A stretch of DNA of 64,000 bases from Paraspadella gotoi. Its lineage: Eukaryota > Animalia > Chaetognatha. The DNA is taken from assembly GCA_051294375.1 (NCBI GenBank), contig CM119269.1, forward strand, positions 14,767,918-14,831,917, read 5' to 3'. Numbering within the stretch: the first letter of the stretch is position 1; every line of letters starts with the position of its first letter. The notes under the pieces were generated by a model. It was given only the letters and a program-made list of their open reading frames with translations. It did no database searches and was not told the origin of the DNA. Made by a program: the position numbers and the translations under genes. This document shows positions 25,905 to 48,578 of the stretch, in pieces.

Positions 25905-27016
25905 TTTCAATTTTTCTTTTAATTTCAAGGCGGGATGGAACTAATAAAGAGTCGTTCTTGACAAAAACGGTTGAAAAGTGCACACTTTAGGCGGCGAGAA
26001 TCGGCTGGCGCGTTAGATGGCAGAAATAGTTGGTCGGCGAGGAATGTATACGGTTACGAAAAACTAAGGCGAGACCTGGTCGCGGAGGCAAATGTATTTC
26101 TGTTTCTTTTTAGTTCGTTCCAACGAACTGACGACGTCGTTCGACATGGTGCGTGCCTTGTGGCGAAAAGGGCAGAGCTCCACATGGGGAACAAGTTTAT
26201 GGCGAGGAACCATTTTCGAGCGCCTTGTAAAGGCACACCGTGGAAATTAACATATCTTAAAAATACAAATACAACGTAACAAAGTGTCATACGTATTTTG
26301 GTCAAGAAAAACGTACAATTAAATTAGTATATATAGTCAAATCTTACATTATGATTAAAATAAACAATAATTTTCTTATTGGGGAACAAATCAATAACTG
26401 AAGCTTAGCCAGTAACATTCAGGTGTCCATATAAATCAAAGCGACAGCGGTTTTGGTCACACGAATTTATAAATGATATTTTTTTTCAATCGTTTCCGTC
26501 ATTTCAGTCATTTTCTAATCGAAAAAAAAGTTACGGCAGCTCGAGTCGACTTTCTGACTTAAAAAAAAATAAGGAGAAAATCGGGAGTCGAAGGCCGACG
26601 AGAATCGAGGATAAAAGATAATCGCAAATAAACGGGTTTTCTATGAAGGAGCTCATTGACGTCATCGCAGATCCAACGTCGATCGCTTATTTTTTTGAGA
26701 CTACGTCCGAAAACAAAGGCGCCTTTGGGGAAAAGTGTTTTGATATGAGTTTCTGTAAAAATGAAAGAAAACGCAACCATCAAAGACGGGGAGTATCAAA
26801 GGAGGACCGGCGGGAAAGGCCCACCAATTAATGTCGGCCGTGGGGGGTAAGAACTTGAGAAAACAAAGGAGAAAAAAAAATTAATCATTTTTTTTTTATT
26901 AATCCACCGTAAAACTGTTTCGTCTCTCCATGAGTGAACACGGAACAACAGTTAATTGAATTTTCAAAAGTAAAAAAGTCCATTTTGGCAGTAAGGAAAG
27001 ACTTAAAGTTTGTTGA

Positions 27017-35787
<8,771 letters not shown>

Positions 35788-36082
35788 GACAGAAGAATAG
35801 ACTTCGGACTAAGGCATCGTCGGTAATTAAACTAAGGCTAGTTTACCTAAGTAAGAACATTATAACAAAACGGCAATGAATAGACAAAAATTACAAATGA
35901 AACGCAGTGGAATGGATTCAATGAAAGGCTACATTATGAGCCGTACGCGTCAAAGTTGTCTATTGAATTAAAAAAAAGGGAAACGACGAGAACTGGTTAT
36001 TTCGGGTTGATGATTTATGGCGGATTCGAGAGAGAGGTTTGCTGGGCGACTGGGACGAGAAAAGCGAGCCAAGGACGAAGCG

Positions 36083-37568
36083 CTACGTTTTTCTAAAGCT
36101 TTTAAGGATGGGGTAAATATTTTCAAAACCCTCCGTGATTTCCGCACGAACTTTGGCGCCGGTGAGAACGACTTTGCCTACGGTGGGCGGGAAGAGAGAA
36201 TCAAGACTTTGGGTTGTCCGTTTCACGTGATTAGGAAACAGAAACAAACAACAGACCCGAGACGAAGATGAGAAGAACTATCCTCGGTTTGACCATTCGA
36301 TAGATGAGGCCCGGGAAGAGTTCGGGTTCGTAGGAGGAAAATTGCTGATGGGCGAGAACGAGCGCCTCCAGGCGGATGGGAAATTTGACGTCGCAAGAAC
36401 CCACCATGTTTTGAATTTTGAAATCGATAAACTTTGCTTGGAATCCTGCGTCACGAAAAAGAATAAATTATAAAATGAATGAAAAAGACAAATAGGAGTA
36501 AAAATTAGTGATCGGAGGGGGATTCGAAATATTGCTGAAACTTACCCAGTTTTTGAATGACCCTGGCGTACTTTCGAGCGGCGAGGCGGGAAAGGTCTTC
36601 GCTCTTGGCGCCGGTGCAAACCATCTTCCCCGAACTAAAGATCAACGCCGTCGTTCGGGGTTCGCGAATTCGCATGATGACGGCGGCGAATCGTTTGGGA
36701 TTGTACTCGGCGTTCCGCGCGTGCAACGCGATTTTCTGTGTCGGAGATAAGTTAAAACATTCTTAAATTATATAAAACTATGGCAGGAAGTAATACATAT
36801 ATGCCTAATATGCATAATATGCAATGCATATATATTATATATATGTGTTGTGTAGATGCTCCCGCTATTTCCAGAAGACAACACTAACAACCCTCTCCCA
36901 TTAAAAAATAATGTTTTCAGATTTAAAATATAAAAAAACAAAATGAATAAAAAGTAATATAAAAGAAATTTAGAATTTTTAATCAATAATTTTAATGAAT
37001 ATTTTAAAATCTAAAACATAGAATGTAAAATACAATGTAAAATTTTGAAACAAGTAATTTTGCAATATTCATAAGGCGACTTTTAAAAAAATAGAGTAAA
37101 AAACCTTTAACTCTAGTTTGCATCCGAGGTTGACGGTAGAGACGATGTTTTGCAAGGCGGGGGTGATTCCGCTGCCTTCCTGCAGGTGGACCAAGACGGA
37201 GGCGGGCGTGGCCGGGTTGGAAACGGCAGGCCCTACTGAAGGCGGCATCTTCTCTACCGAAGGAGGGGGTCGCTCCTCCTCTTCTATATTTGACAAAGAA
37301 TATACTTTATCGGGATAGCTTTAATTCGAATCGCCGCACGAATTAACGAACCTTTTTTCTCTTCTCTTACGTCGTCGTCTTCCTGCTTTCTTTCCGACGG
37401 TGGAACGTTCGAATAAGGACCACGAATGGGCGTCATCGGGGGCAAATTGAGACCCCCGGGGCTTTGAGGAATAAGTCCGCTGGTTCCCGCCCCGTAGGGC
37501 GACTGAAACAAGTTGGCTTGAAAACCCGGTGTGCGGGGCTGCGGCCCGAAATCGCTGAAACCCTCCAT
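36083..37568 (-). CDS. TBP: TATA-box-binding protein
   Basis: [125 protein letters not shown] motif in the N-terminus. Five coding exons; stop TAG at 36083. Confidence 0.97.
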
Positions 37569-37945
37569 CGCTGAAGAGTGCAAAGTCGAAGTCGGAAGAA
37601 AGCTGACCGCAATTTCAACCGATCGAGTTAAATCTCAGTACTTAAATTGCATTAATGGAACTCTGAAAAAAAATATTCGATTTGAATCGAAATGAAAAGG
37701 TTATTTTATACATAACGGATAAAGCACAACAAATCATTGAGCCAGCGAATATTTACCCAAGCCCCCTGAAAAAAAAAAAAAAACACGTATTTTCGATAAA
37801 TTAAGAGCATTTCTAGCAAAATCTAAGTCTTATAGTAAAATCTACATTACACTTATATTGTGTGTACCGCGATTATAATGAACATCATTTCGCGTCGGAA
37901 CAAAATACGATGTGACTAGAGACGCTACGATTTAAATTTTTTTTT

Positions 37946-40900
37946 TTATTCTTCATCGTCGTCGCCTTCTTCCATGGCGTCCATGGCGTTCAAGGCTTCC
38001 TCGGCCCTGACCAGCTCGTTGTCTTCGTCGTAATCATCGTTGTCTCCGACTCGTTCTCTGTGCTTTTCCACATTGTCGAGGACGATCTTGGCCAGACACT
38101 TGACCTTCTCGTAGGGGCGCGGATCCTCCAGCAGATTCCGCAAAAGAATCTCTCCGTTTTCTCGGCGAATCAGCCGGCAGTATTTCTTGGCGTAGACTGA
38201 GTTGGAGATCCACGGGAAATATTTATTAATATTCGCGCAATAATATTTCATTTTCAATATAATTTCAAAAATAGAACGAATGCTCGCCGAAAATAAACTT
38301 GCTTGATCAATTATCATCAATCCCCTTTTTTTACTCGTACATACGAAAAATTACTCATTCTTCTTTTAAAAAAACAATCACTAATTGTACCAATAAGGCT
38401 GAAAACCTGAGGTGAGATTGGCCAGAGCCCAAACGGCCCAATGTTGGACTTCCGGCGTATCAAAGACTTGAACGAGGCGAAGAATGGGTTCAAAAGACCG
38501 ATAATTGATGTTTCGAGTGATGTTTAATTCCCAACCTTCAATCGCTTTAACCTGAAACACGACTGTTATTCTTAGCTGATTTGACGCCACATTGCCAAAG
38601 GGTTTTATATCTTTGGTCTTAGACTACTCCGATCATCCGTTTTTATTTTTTTCTCTTTTACAAATTGTTATTAAACAATGACGACTAACGTCCTTCAATG
38701 CTTAGCGAGTCGCGACGTAATAAATGAACATCTAACGTACCATTCTTTGTAGAACAAATTTTCGTTGAACGTTTTCCGGTTCCGTCAGCGTCCAAGCGGC
38801 CTGACCATCTGAAGCAACGTGAGACAAGACGCCGGCGGCGTTGTAAGAAACTTCAATTCCATCGCTATGAGATTCCAAAAGGTCACTGAAAATAAAAGTT
38901 GAGTTATGAATGCTAACTGGATAACGAATCTAACTTAAATTTAAACAGAAAAAAATCTGACCTGAAAATCGACAAAAATGCGGCGTTCATGAGTTGAGGT
39001 CTCAACGCTTTCACTTCGGCTACGTTTCCCAAAAGTCCCAACATGTTTCGCAGTAGCTCGGCCTTGTCCGGGAACGTTTCTAGGCAACGGACGAAAAGTT
39101 CCATGCCACCGCGCTCCAGAAATCGAGCGCAATTTTCCGCAGTTTCGTCGGTAACGTTCCACATAGTACTCCATGCGATTTCAAGCACCTTGTCAAATCG
39201 CAAACCCGTAAATGGCGACCTATACCCTAATATCTGACGAGCAATTCCAAAACTTACCTCATCGCAAACGGGCTCTTCGCGATCTAACTTGAACTTTATT
39301 ATGTCCAACATGGTATCGATGCCCCCTTTGAGACCGACGACGAGCTTGTGATCTCCTTCGACTTGACACGCGAGGCTGTTTAGAAGAAATATCCCGATGC
39401 GCTGGACGAACTGGTCCGGTTGCTCCGCGCGCACCTGCGATTTAGAATAACACCAGATTCAGTTCTTTAGTTCAGTCGATCAATGAAGCAGAGTAGATTA
39501 GATTATAATTTATATTAGATTAAATTAAGATGGCAGAATAATGATTGAAAGAAAGTATTATAAAATCCTCAGCAACTAGGGTAATACGAGGACTCATGTT
39601 TTGTTATTTTTTTTTAACTAATTTTTAACATCATTCCGGAAAATTTTTGAAAGTTGAAAGTTTTTGAAAAAGGTACTTGCCACGTTAAGGAGAAGAGGAA
39701 CGACTCGATCGTAGGCGAAAAGCATATCCCGTGGTATGTCAAAGTGGCTAATTGTGAGACAGGCGTTGCGCAGCATAGTCGTCTCCTCCCCGTGAAACTC
39801 CATTCCTACAACAACGACAACATAAATTAATTTTTAAATCGTCTTAAAAAGGAAGGAGTCAAAAGCTTAAGAACCGGTGAGAAGGGATCTGACGATGCGT
39901 CTTTTCACTCTGACTCCGATGTTATCGAGCTCAGTTTTAACGATGTAGAACAGCGAGGCGGAACCGGAGATCTGGATCCGGTTGTCGGCCGCATGGCGCT
40001 CCATCGACGTCAAAATGGCGTCTAAAGCTGACGGAACGTCCTCGCACGTACCAGCCCGAAAAATCTGACCGAAATCGTTTACGTTTATCGCAAAATTAAC
40101 ATTTATCGCTGCTGCTGATCAGTGGGTCACCTGAAAAAGAATCTGCAATGCCTTGACTAGAAGGTCGGGTTTCTCCTGGTAAAGCTGGACGGCGTTGAGA
40201 ACTTGATGCGAGACACCGTCAGTGTAGTGGTGGCCGGCGACGCGACGTGCGGGTAAGTTGCGGAACTCGGCCGATTTGCACTGCATCAGACCGAGGAAGT
40301 CCAGAGGGGGGCGGATTGGTTCTAGGAATATACTGACGAGCAAAAAACGGAATAAATGGTCAAGTCAATCTCCAAAAAAAAGGTTTCACTAAGAAATCAT
40401 TTAATTCGTACGTCGAGTTATCGGTTGGCAAGAGTCGGCCGATAAAGGATGGCCATTTGGGAGTCGCGGCGACGGAAGCGTCATAAGAGGAAGCCATCGG
40501 CGGAATCTTCCCTCTGGCTCCTCCTAAAGCGTCGGAACGATAAAAGAAATGAGTCGAGGGAGAAGCGTTAAAAAATTCGTGTTTCATTTTCCACGCACCC
40601 TGGTCTTCTTCATCGCCCCAAGACAAGTAGCGTTTCCGACGATCCAACTGTTGCGACGCCGAAGCGGAATTCAATAATTTCCATCCATCGCTTCCGTTTT
40701 TCGAAATGGTCGTTCGACGATCGACCCTTAATAGTCTGTCGTAGAGAATGCTCTCCGTGATATGGAACTGCTCCTGGAAAAAAAAATGTCGGTAATACTT
40801 TAGTAAAATAATTTATAAAGAAACAAAATGGAAACGAGTCGATTCTCGCCTTCAAATCTTTGAGGTGATGCTTTCTGTAAAAGCTTCTCATGAGCGGCGA

Positions 40901-43195
40901 ATCCTCTTCCGATTTATCCATGGACTGAGTCGTCAGATTCGTTCCCGACAAATCTAGGGAACGAAGTTCGGATAAATTTTCAACGAGGCGGGGGATCATG
41001 TTGCAGGTGGCGCTCAAGGAAAAGGCGCCGGGCGTCGTGATATTGGCAGCCTCGCCGCATTGCGAAATGTCCAGATGGCGAAGTTTCCGTAAACTAGGAA
41101 AAAAAAAACGATTGAATGAGAGCTCATCGTTGCGATATCCGTCTTCTTCTTCAGCGAAAGAAAATAATTTAACATTGATAGACAAATCACTAGCTGCCAA
41201 GTATAAATATAAGGACGGACAAGAGACCTACATCCCGATTTAACTGATGCAACTATAGATCAGAGGATGACTTGTGCATCGATAGTATATCCTAATCCCT
41301 TAGTACGTATCTCTTCTCTTGTACTATCTCTCTCTCTCCTTCGCAATAAATATTCCCAACCTGCAAATAATAGTGATTCCCTTTTCGATGTTGGACCTAG
41401 GCACGTTGTAAAGAACAAGGGCCTGAAGAGTCCTGTGAAGGTGTCTCACAGAATCGAGTTCGAAATGACGCCATCCGGAAAAGTCAAGAGTCGACAAGTT
41501 GGTGAGCGGCGCCAATAGAAGTCGCCCGATTTCTGCCGTCCGCTTCGGGCTGAAGTCGTCGCGCATGGAGTGCCCGACATCGTGAATGCAGAGGGAAAGA
41601 AGACCTGGATTGAGATCCAAATCATCAAATACAAAGGAAAAGTCAGAGCGAGAGTAAAAAAAGCATTTTGAAGAGAACCTAAAAAAAAAGACGGAATTAC
41701 TAACCCGGATGATTTAAAACCGGCGCCGACGGCTTTTTGATCAGTTTTCTCAGATTAAATTTCAAAGCGGCCGCTCTTAATCTTCCCCGCGCCCGACGCC
41801 AAGAGGCCAAGTCAATCGGTTTCGACGAACTCGACGATTCCCCGCCCGCTGCAGCGGCGGCGGCTGCGGCATCGCCCTCGCCGCCGGCCGCCCCCTTCGC
41901 GTTCCCGTTGTCGTCGTCGTCATCGTCTTCGTCTCTGACCGTCGAGGCGCCTCGATCGGTCGAAGCCGAATTGTCGCTAGAGAAGAAACCGGTTTCGGCG
42001 GAGTTGTCATTGGAGGCGTCGCCGTCGGACGCGTCATCGTCAAGAGCCGCCCCTTCGTTTCCGGGAGAGGACGACGAGGATGATGACGTCTCTTTGAGAG
42101 ACGAGGAGCCGAGCGGATTCTGGGTAAGAACGTGAAATGGGAGAGGATCAAAGGGAATTTTAAAAAAGGGAGAAGTTAAGATTTTTAAAGACTCACGTGA
42201 TCGAATCGCTCCGCCGCCTGTAGCATCGCTCGCAGAACTGATCCGGCTTTCGACAAGTCGTCGTCGTCGTCTCCGTCCTCATCATCGTCGTCTTCGATTA
42301 AATTCGCCCCCGTGACCGCGGAGAAGCGATTCGCACGAGCGGCGTTTCCCGCAGCTAAAGAGTAGAGAATACAAATTGATTTCAATTTTGTTTGAACACA
42401 AAGGTAGCTCCGTTTCAAATCTAATACAACATGATCTACTCGAGTAAACATTAACGCTGACCAGTGGTGGCGTCGACGCTGGCGCTGTGAAACAGAGCGG
42501 GTTGTTCGTAGCAGCGGAGGACTTGACGAGTATTTCCGATGACGAGCCTTTTTAACGGCAGCGAAGGTCGGTTGATCAGCTCCAGCGATCGGTAAGTCAA
42601 TTCGCGACATCCAGAGATGTCCAAATCCGTCACGGGGTGGCGAGTCACGGCGCCCAACGACTCGTCCGTAATGCGCACGTTTCGTAATAACACGCGCCGC
42701 AGTCTCGTCCGCGTCGTGTCGCGAAATACGTGGAGGAAGCGATCGTTGACGTTAACGGCGCTCTCTGGACAATACGGTCAAAAGGTGATGGGATGATATC
42801 TACTTTCAACTTAAAAAGCAAGTTTTGAGTTTGAACTAACCTATCCCTTTCCAAGCTTCGTGATATAAAGAAGATTCCTGACTCCCTCCAAGAGAGTAGG
42901 TTCGGTGGAGGATGGCCTGAAATTTTATAGCGAAAATGGATCAATGACGTTATTAAGTCTTTGAGGTCTCCAGGGATCAAAACAACAAAGATGTCGTCTC
43001 CGACTCGCCGCTGACCTGACAGATTTCGAGGGGCAAAGTGATGCCATCCCGTAGAGCGAGACGTCCATCGTCGTCGATCACGACAGAGATCGACTCCAAA
43101 TGGGAGATTATGTAGTCCACACAAAGGTCAGAAAGGGTGTCAACCGAACCCCACAATGATGAGGATAGAAGACCGTTACGGTCGGCGGGAGGCAT
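37946..43195 (-). CDS. ZER1: ZER1 / zyg-11-related CRL2 substrate receptor (BC-box, LRR, ARM)
   Basis: BC-box-like TLSDLCVDYI and LRRs (LRHLDISQ, LRSLDLSGTNL). ARM region IQISGSASLFYI, LRNACLT, LNSLACQV, AWSTMWNVTDETAENC, ELLRNMLGLLGNVAEV, RNINYRSFEPILRL, QHWAVWALANL. Confidence 0.9.
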
Positions 43196-43615
43196 CGTTT
43201 TTAAACCGATAGCATCGTTTCATGAAACACTGTGGGAGAATATGCATTTGAACAATGAACATACCTCCAATGTCTTAGCCGTATCGATAAGAAAATTACC
43301 TAGTCAGGCTTACTTTTACTTTGTCGTTTTGTCATTCGATTCTAGACTACTATTACTCCTTGACTACTTCCGTTCGTGTCTAATACAATTAGAGGCAAAA
43401 ATCGACAACTTAATGAAAGGAAGAAAACGTCACCGAGTAAGTTTAACGCAGTTAACCTTAGAAGATTACTGTCGTAACGACGTAACTGGTCCAGAAAAAA
43501 ATTGTAAGAGGGTTTCGAGTTTCTTTTATTTGAGAATTTGATTTTGTTTATTTCCGAGAGAGGACGCTGCGGCAGTGTACTTCAAAATTGGAATAGACAA
43601 AACTCAAACATTTCT

Positions 43616-43827
43616 ATAAAAATTGGTGCAACGAATCTAAAAATTATCCATTCATTTAATAAATATGCTATCTTGCTCCTGACTTTGGACAGGCTTTGGT
43701 GGTTTAAGGCCTCCAACACTCTTACAAGATAATGACATAGCAGGTTCCTGCAAGCTTTCAATCAAGACTCTCTCACAGTCTCCTTTATTCTCACCCAGAG
43801 TACCTGGCTTCCCTATCAATGAAGTGG
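43616..43827. repeat. Dispersed ~200-bp repeat, copy C (between NOX4 and ZER1)
   Basis: Near-colinear with copy A and ends at the same GAAGTGG boundary. Confidence 0.9.
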
Positions 43828-44056
43828 TACATAGCTGCGACATATTAATTAATTAATAAGCAGCTAGAATAACCTAAAATAACGGCGTGGAGAGAAATAT
43901 ATTCAAGTATAATTTATTGTCCTATAACAATAAACATTACAAATAAAATTTTCGACTAAAACAATCAACGAAAAAAATAAACGAAATCTGCGAACTAAGT
44001 CAAGGGTCTAACTAACAGGAAAATAGATTTTTTTGTTAGAACTGGGCACAAGGACG

Positions 44057-47000
44057 TCAAGAAAATGATTCATGATAAAAAGAAAATGAGGGCGAGTTGG
44101 AAAGACTCGGCTTGCAGCAGTTTTTGCGGATGCAATCGTTCAACGATTTGGGGCCGCAGCAAAAAACACCGATTTCTTCCCTGTTGAAAAAAAGTTAGAA
44201 TTTAATTATCATAATATATGAAATCTTAGGATTAAAGGTAAACCTGGAGTGACTTGCTGATATTCTTTGGAAAATCTTTTTCCACTTTGGACGATGAAAT
44301 TTGACTCGACTTTTCAAAAACTGGAAATTTGCGTGATGGGAGAATTTTTCCTAGAAATATTGAAAAGATTTTTATTTTTAGATCCCGCAGGCGACCTGGA
44401 GACATCTATTGTTTTGCCTCATGTATAAAATATATGACGAAAAAAACTAGAACTGAGTAAAATGTAAATGAGATTTCGTGCAAAGGATCAATAATTTATT
44501 CTGTATAACCTCTATCTCCATTTCTCTGGAGTTCGTGACGTAAAAATTGACGTCAAGGGCGTCAGGCCGATTCTGACGCCATAACTTTGTTGATATTTCT
44601 ACGAAGAGATTCAAAAAACAAAAGAATAACGAAGGTTCCTTGGCCGCCCAGTAGATGTAGATACGGTCGAAACGTCCGGATACATTGCCAAAATCGTCGC
44701 TGTAAATGTAATGGTTAAGGAACAGCCATAAATTTTCTCCGATGTGAAATGGCTTAAATAGGTTGAAATATTATTTGATTTTATTTAATTTCGGAAATGG
44801 TAAGTGTTACTTGATGTGATTGAGAACGGAAACGCAAGGCGTGATACCGACGCCGCCGGCGACGCAGACAGAGGTCTTGAAATTTAGGAGATCCTCGCTG
44901 GGACTGCAGAAAGGACCGTCCATCTCAACGCTGGATTTTAACGAAAAGGCATAATTTAAATAAGTGTATATTTCAAAATTAAAAAAAGTACTTTTAAAAA
45001 AATTACTTAGGGTAAGTATTTGGAGTCGAAAGTGTGATAGTCGGTCGAATAAGGCGGCTCACGAGTTTGTGAGACCAGTCGCCGAGGCTCCGTATGTGAA
45101 GGGTGAAGGTTTGAGTTTCTCCCCGAGGAACCTGCAGGATGAAAATGAAATCCTCACGTTAATTAACGATGTTTGTAACCAAAATGAAATAAATATTTTA
45201 CAAAAACAATTTTTTGCTTCAAACATTGATGAAAAGGTCAAACATAAAAAAAAAAATTAAAGCATTGATAAAAATGTTGTTATACATATTTTCATATTAT
45301 TATCATTATTATTATTATTATTATAGTTTGCATATTTGCAATCTCACTTTTGTTATTGTGTACGGGTGCCACTCGAAGAGTGAAACGTCCGGGCAGCGCA
45401 GGAGGACGAACTGCGCGGGATTCGGTCTGAATGTCGCGCCGGAGACGCGGACGACCAGCTGGACGACTTCACCGGCGACAGCGTCGTCCTCATCGCCGAC
45501 GCAGCATCCGCGTCCGACGCAGCGACGCACGTCAACGATGACGGGAGAAAATGATCGACGGAAGACGAGACGGAGGAGGAAGTCGAGGAGGAAGAGGAGA
45601 AGAGGAGGGAGGAGCCACTTCCAAGTCTAGGGAGGGAGCGAGGAAAGTCAGGGTGAATGAGAATTAACGTAGTATTAATCATTTAATAGATTATACTACG
45701 TATTAAATTAATTAATTGCCCCCACCTCTGTGGGTTGCGGCACGAAGGTCGGTTCGACGGAACACATTCCGGCGTCTCGTTCCGGTCGGATGACGCTTCC
45801 GTCCGCGAGAACGTAAGACTCCGGTTCCGGAATCGGAACGTCCGGTTTTCCTGACCGGAAGAAAAACGAACGATAGAAGATCGAATGTACGGTATTAAAA
45901 TTAAAACAAAATGCTTAAATTAAACAATTGGAATCAATGCCGTCTCAAATCAAACTTTATCTGTTACAATAATTGTTTTTCGTTACCTGGCATGGAAGTA
46001 TTTAGTTTGCATCCCGGAAGGTGATCCTTCACGTTACTTTGTTCGGTCAGAAGGCCACTGTGAAAGTAAACAATCACTTATCACTAAATACTCGGCGAAA
46101 GAATCACGAGCAAAATGTTTTGACAGGTTTACAATTGGCACGAACCAAAACAACGACAACAACACAACTAAAACAAACCTGAGCGAAGGATGGACGAGTA
46201 GAATGAGGTAGAAGAGGACGAAAAAATTGTGAATGGACTTAAACAAGTTGTAGTTGGAGTTTCTGAGAAAGTTAATCTTATTGAATGGTAAATAATTGTG
46301 AACATAATATAAGATTAATCTATGGTAGATCTGTCATACCTGAAAAATTTCAGAGATGAAATAGAAATAACAATGAGGATGATAAGCAGAAGAAATCCTG
46401 TTATTCCCGGAACTGAAAAAAAAAGTGAAACTGAATGATGTGATTTAATTTGCAACTCAATCGTGTGAATCAAATTAAATGAATGAAACATTTTTTAATG
46501 TCTATTGTCTATCGTGTCCCTTTTGTTTTTGGCTCACTCGTGCGCATGAGAAGTTGAAGCGGATCCTCCATGCGGTGGCGGGCAACATTAATCTCTGGCC
46601 ACCGCGAGTTGTAATACTTTGAAAAGTTGACTGCGTTTAACATGTGAGCGACGAAATGAATCACTAAGAATTAAAACGCAAAAATATGAAATCCTTAAAT
46701 TTTCTCGAGATTAAATTGGTATTAGTTGTATTTGACATTTTAGAATTAAATTTACCATGGTAATTACACTAACCAGAGCAAAGAACAACGACGGCGGCAC
46801 AAAGGATGTGAAAGGATTTGGCCTCATCGAAAATTGCGTGAACATTCGACTTGAAAACCCGCGCACCAGAATTTCTTAGAAATGTGAGGATAAGACGGCA
46901 GCTCGGCAGGAGAACCGCAGCGCAGTTTAGGTTTAACACGGACGCTGTCCCCCGGGAGACGCACAACCAGGACTGGGTAAAAATGGAAAATATGATTACA

Positions 47001-47904
47001 AATTTTACACTACATCCAAAGATTGAAAACTATGCTTAAAAACGGTAATTAACTCAAATCCTGTCCAAATTAGGGGGAAAAAACAAAAACACTTTTGACT
47101 CTAAGAAACGAGGAAAAATTATCGAAACACTTACCCCTAACATCTGATGTAAGTAAAAATACTTGGGACTACATTTGTAGTGATCATAAGTTCGCCAAAA
47201 AATAAACGCGTTGATTATCAGCCATATGATCTGAAACGAACATAAAAGTCACGTGATAAAAAAAATCCGAAAAATGGATGAAAAGTTTAACATCGTTAAA
47301 AATACTAAAAAATGTTTATAAAAAATAAATTTAACATAAATAAGGTAAAGAAAAGGATAAGAAAAGGAGAAGAAAAGGACAAAAAAAGGCGACTCACCAT
47401 CATGATGTACTTTCTTCCCACATTTCGGACCCAATTTTTTGGATTGAGTTTCAGTTTAGTCTTTTTCCTCATTCCTTTCGATTTCCGGTCGGAACGCCGC
47501 TGACTCTCGACGTCGTCGTCGCCGCGGCTGCCGCTGCCGACGCGCCAATATCGGGCTTTGCCGACGCCGCCCCTGCCGCCATCCGCGTCATCGGCGATTC
47601 GAGTTTTGAGATCATCACCGGCAGAGGGCAGAGCGGGTTCGGTGAGCCAACTGAGTATCTCGTGAGCGCTATCTCTTTCACGAGGTCGTTCTTGTTTCAC
47701 GGTTGGTCGTTGTTCTGTTCGGTAATGTTTTTGTTGTTGTCGCGTCTGTTGTTGTTCTTGTCGATGCAATTCGTTTTGTCGCGATCGAAAATTGTATCGA
47801 GTTTGGCTGGCAGTGATAATTTGATGTCGCTGAGGTTTGTCTTGGCAGTGTTGACGTGATGTTTGTTGTTTCAACGAAACGGGGGCAAGCTCGTAAAAAT
47901 CCAT
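44057..47904 (-). CDS. NOX4: NADPH oxidase, NOX4-type
   Basis: LCVSRGTASVLNLNC and heme histidines (SFHILC..IHFVAH; IHNFF..LLVHP). E-loop DHLPGC and GMCSVEP. FAD motif EWHPYTIT, DGPFCSPSED, VAGGVGITP, LWRQNRPD, GVFCCGP. C-terminus YHESFS resembles NOX4 YNKESFS. No EF hands. All introns GT-AG and phase-consistent. Confidence 0.9.
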
Positions 47905-48481
47905 TTTCTAACAATTTTGATTAAACAATCTGAAACTTTGGAGTTTCTTGAAATCGGAAGCAAAGAAGAAAATATTTTTGACGTTGCAGGTGGATGTACA
48001 TTTTGAGGGTAAAGAGGCTGATGGCGACGATAAAGACTAGATAAGGTTCTTATCGCAATGATTACATTCTGGGTTAAATGTAAACAAACCTATTTATTGA
48101 GTTTATCCGATCCTCGGTTGAAATTGCTGTTGGAACAAGGAAAAAGGTTAAAAATTGTCATCGCCTGTAAACGAAATTAATAAACAAAAGCGGAGAAAAA
48201 GTTATTTAAACTTAATTTGTTTTTGGGTGGGAAAGAAAATAAAAGAATAAAAACTTTCGACTTTTCAATTTTATAAGTTTAGCATTACTCGTTTTGATAG
48301 ATGATGATAATCAGTGATTTTCATGTCGAGCTAAGTGCAGGCCAAGGTAACCTCGTTCTCACGTAAAAAAAGTTTTTTCAATAAATTCCTTTTTTTTAAA
48401 ATTTCAATGAAAAGAAGCAACTAATCTTCTCTCTTCATTCACTAAAAAGCAGCGCAAACACTTTCTATTTTCGAGGTCTTA

Positions 48482-48504
48482 AGAGAGAGAGAGAGAGATG
48501 AGAG

Positions 48505-48544
<40 letters not shown>

Positions 48545-48578
48545 CAGAATGAGAGAGAGAGAGAGAGCAGCAGAGAGG
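48482..48578. repeat. Imperfect (GA)n microsatellite
   Basis: Read directly from the sequence. Confidence 0.95.

Noticed and set aside
43652-43843. Similar short ORFs at 43652-43843 and 31185-31460 as a small gene family
   Set aside because: They are translations of the dispersed repeat; indels between copies break the frame.
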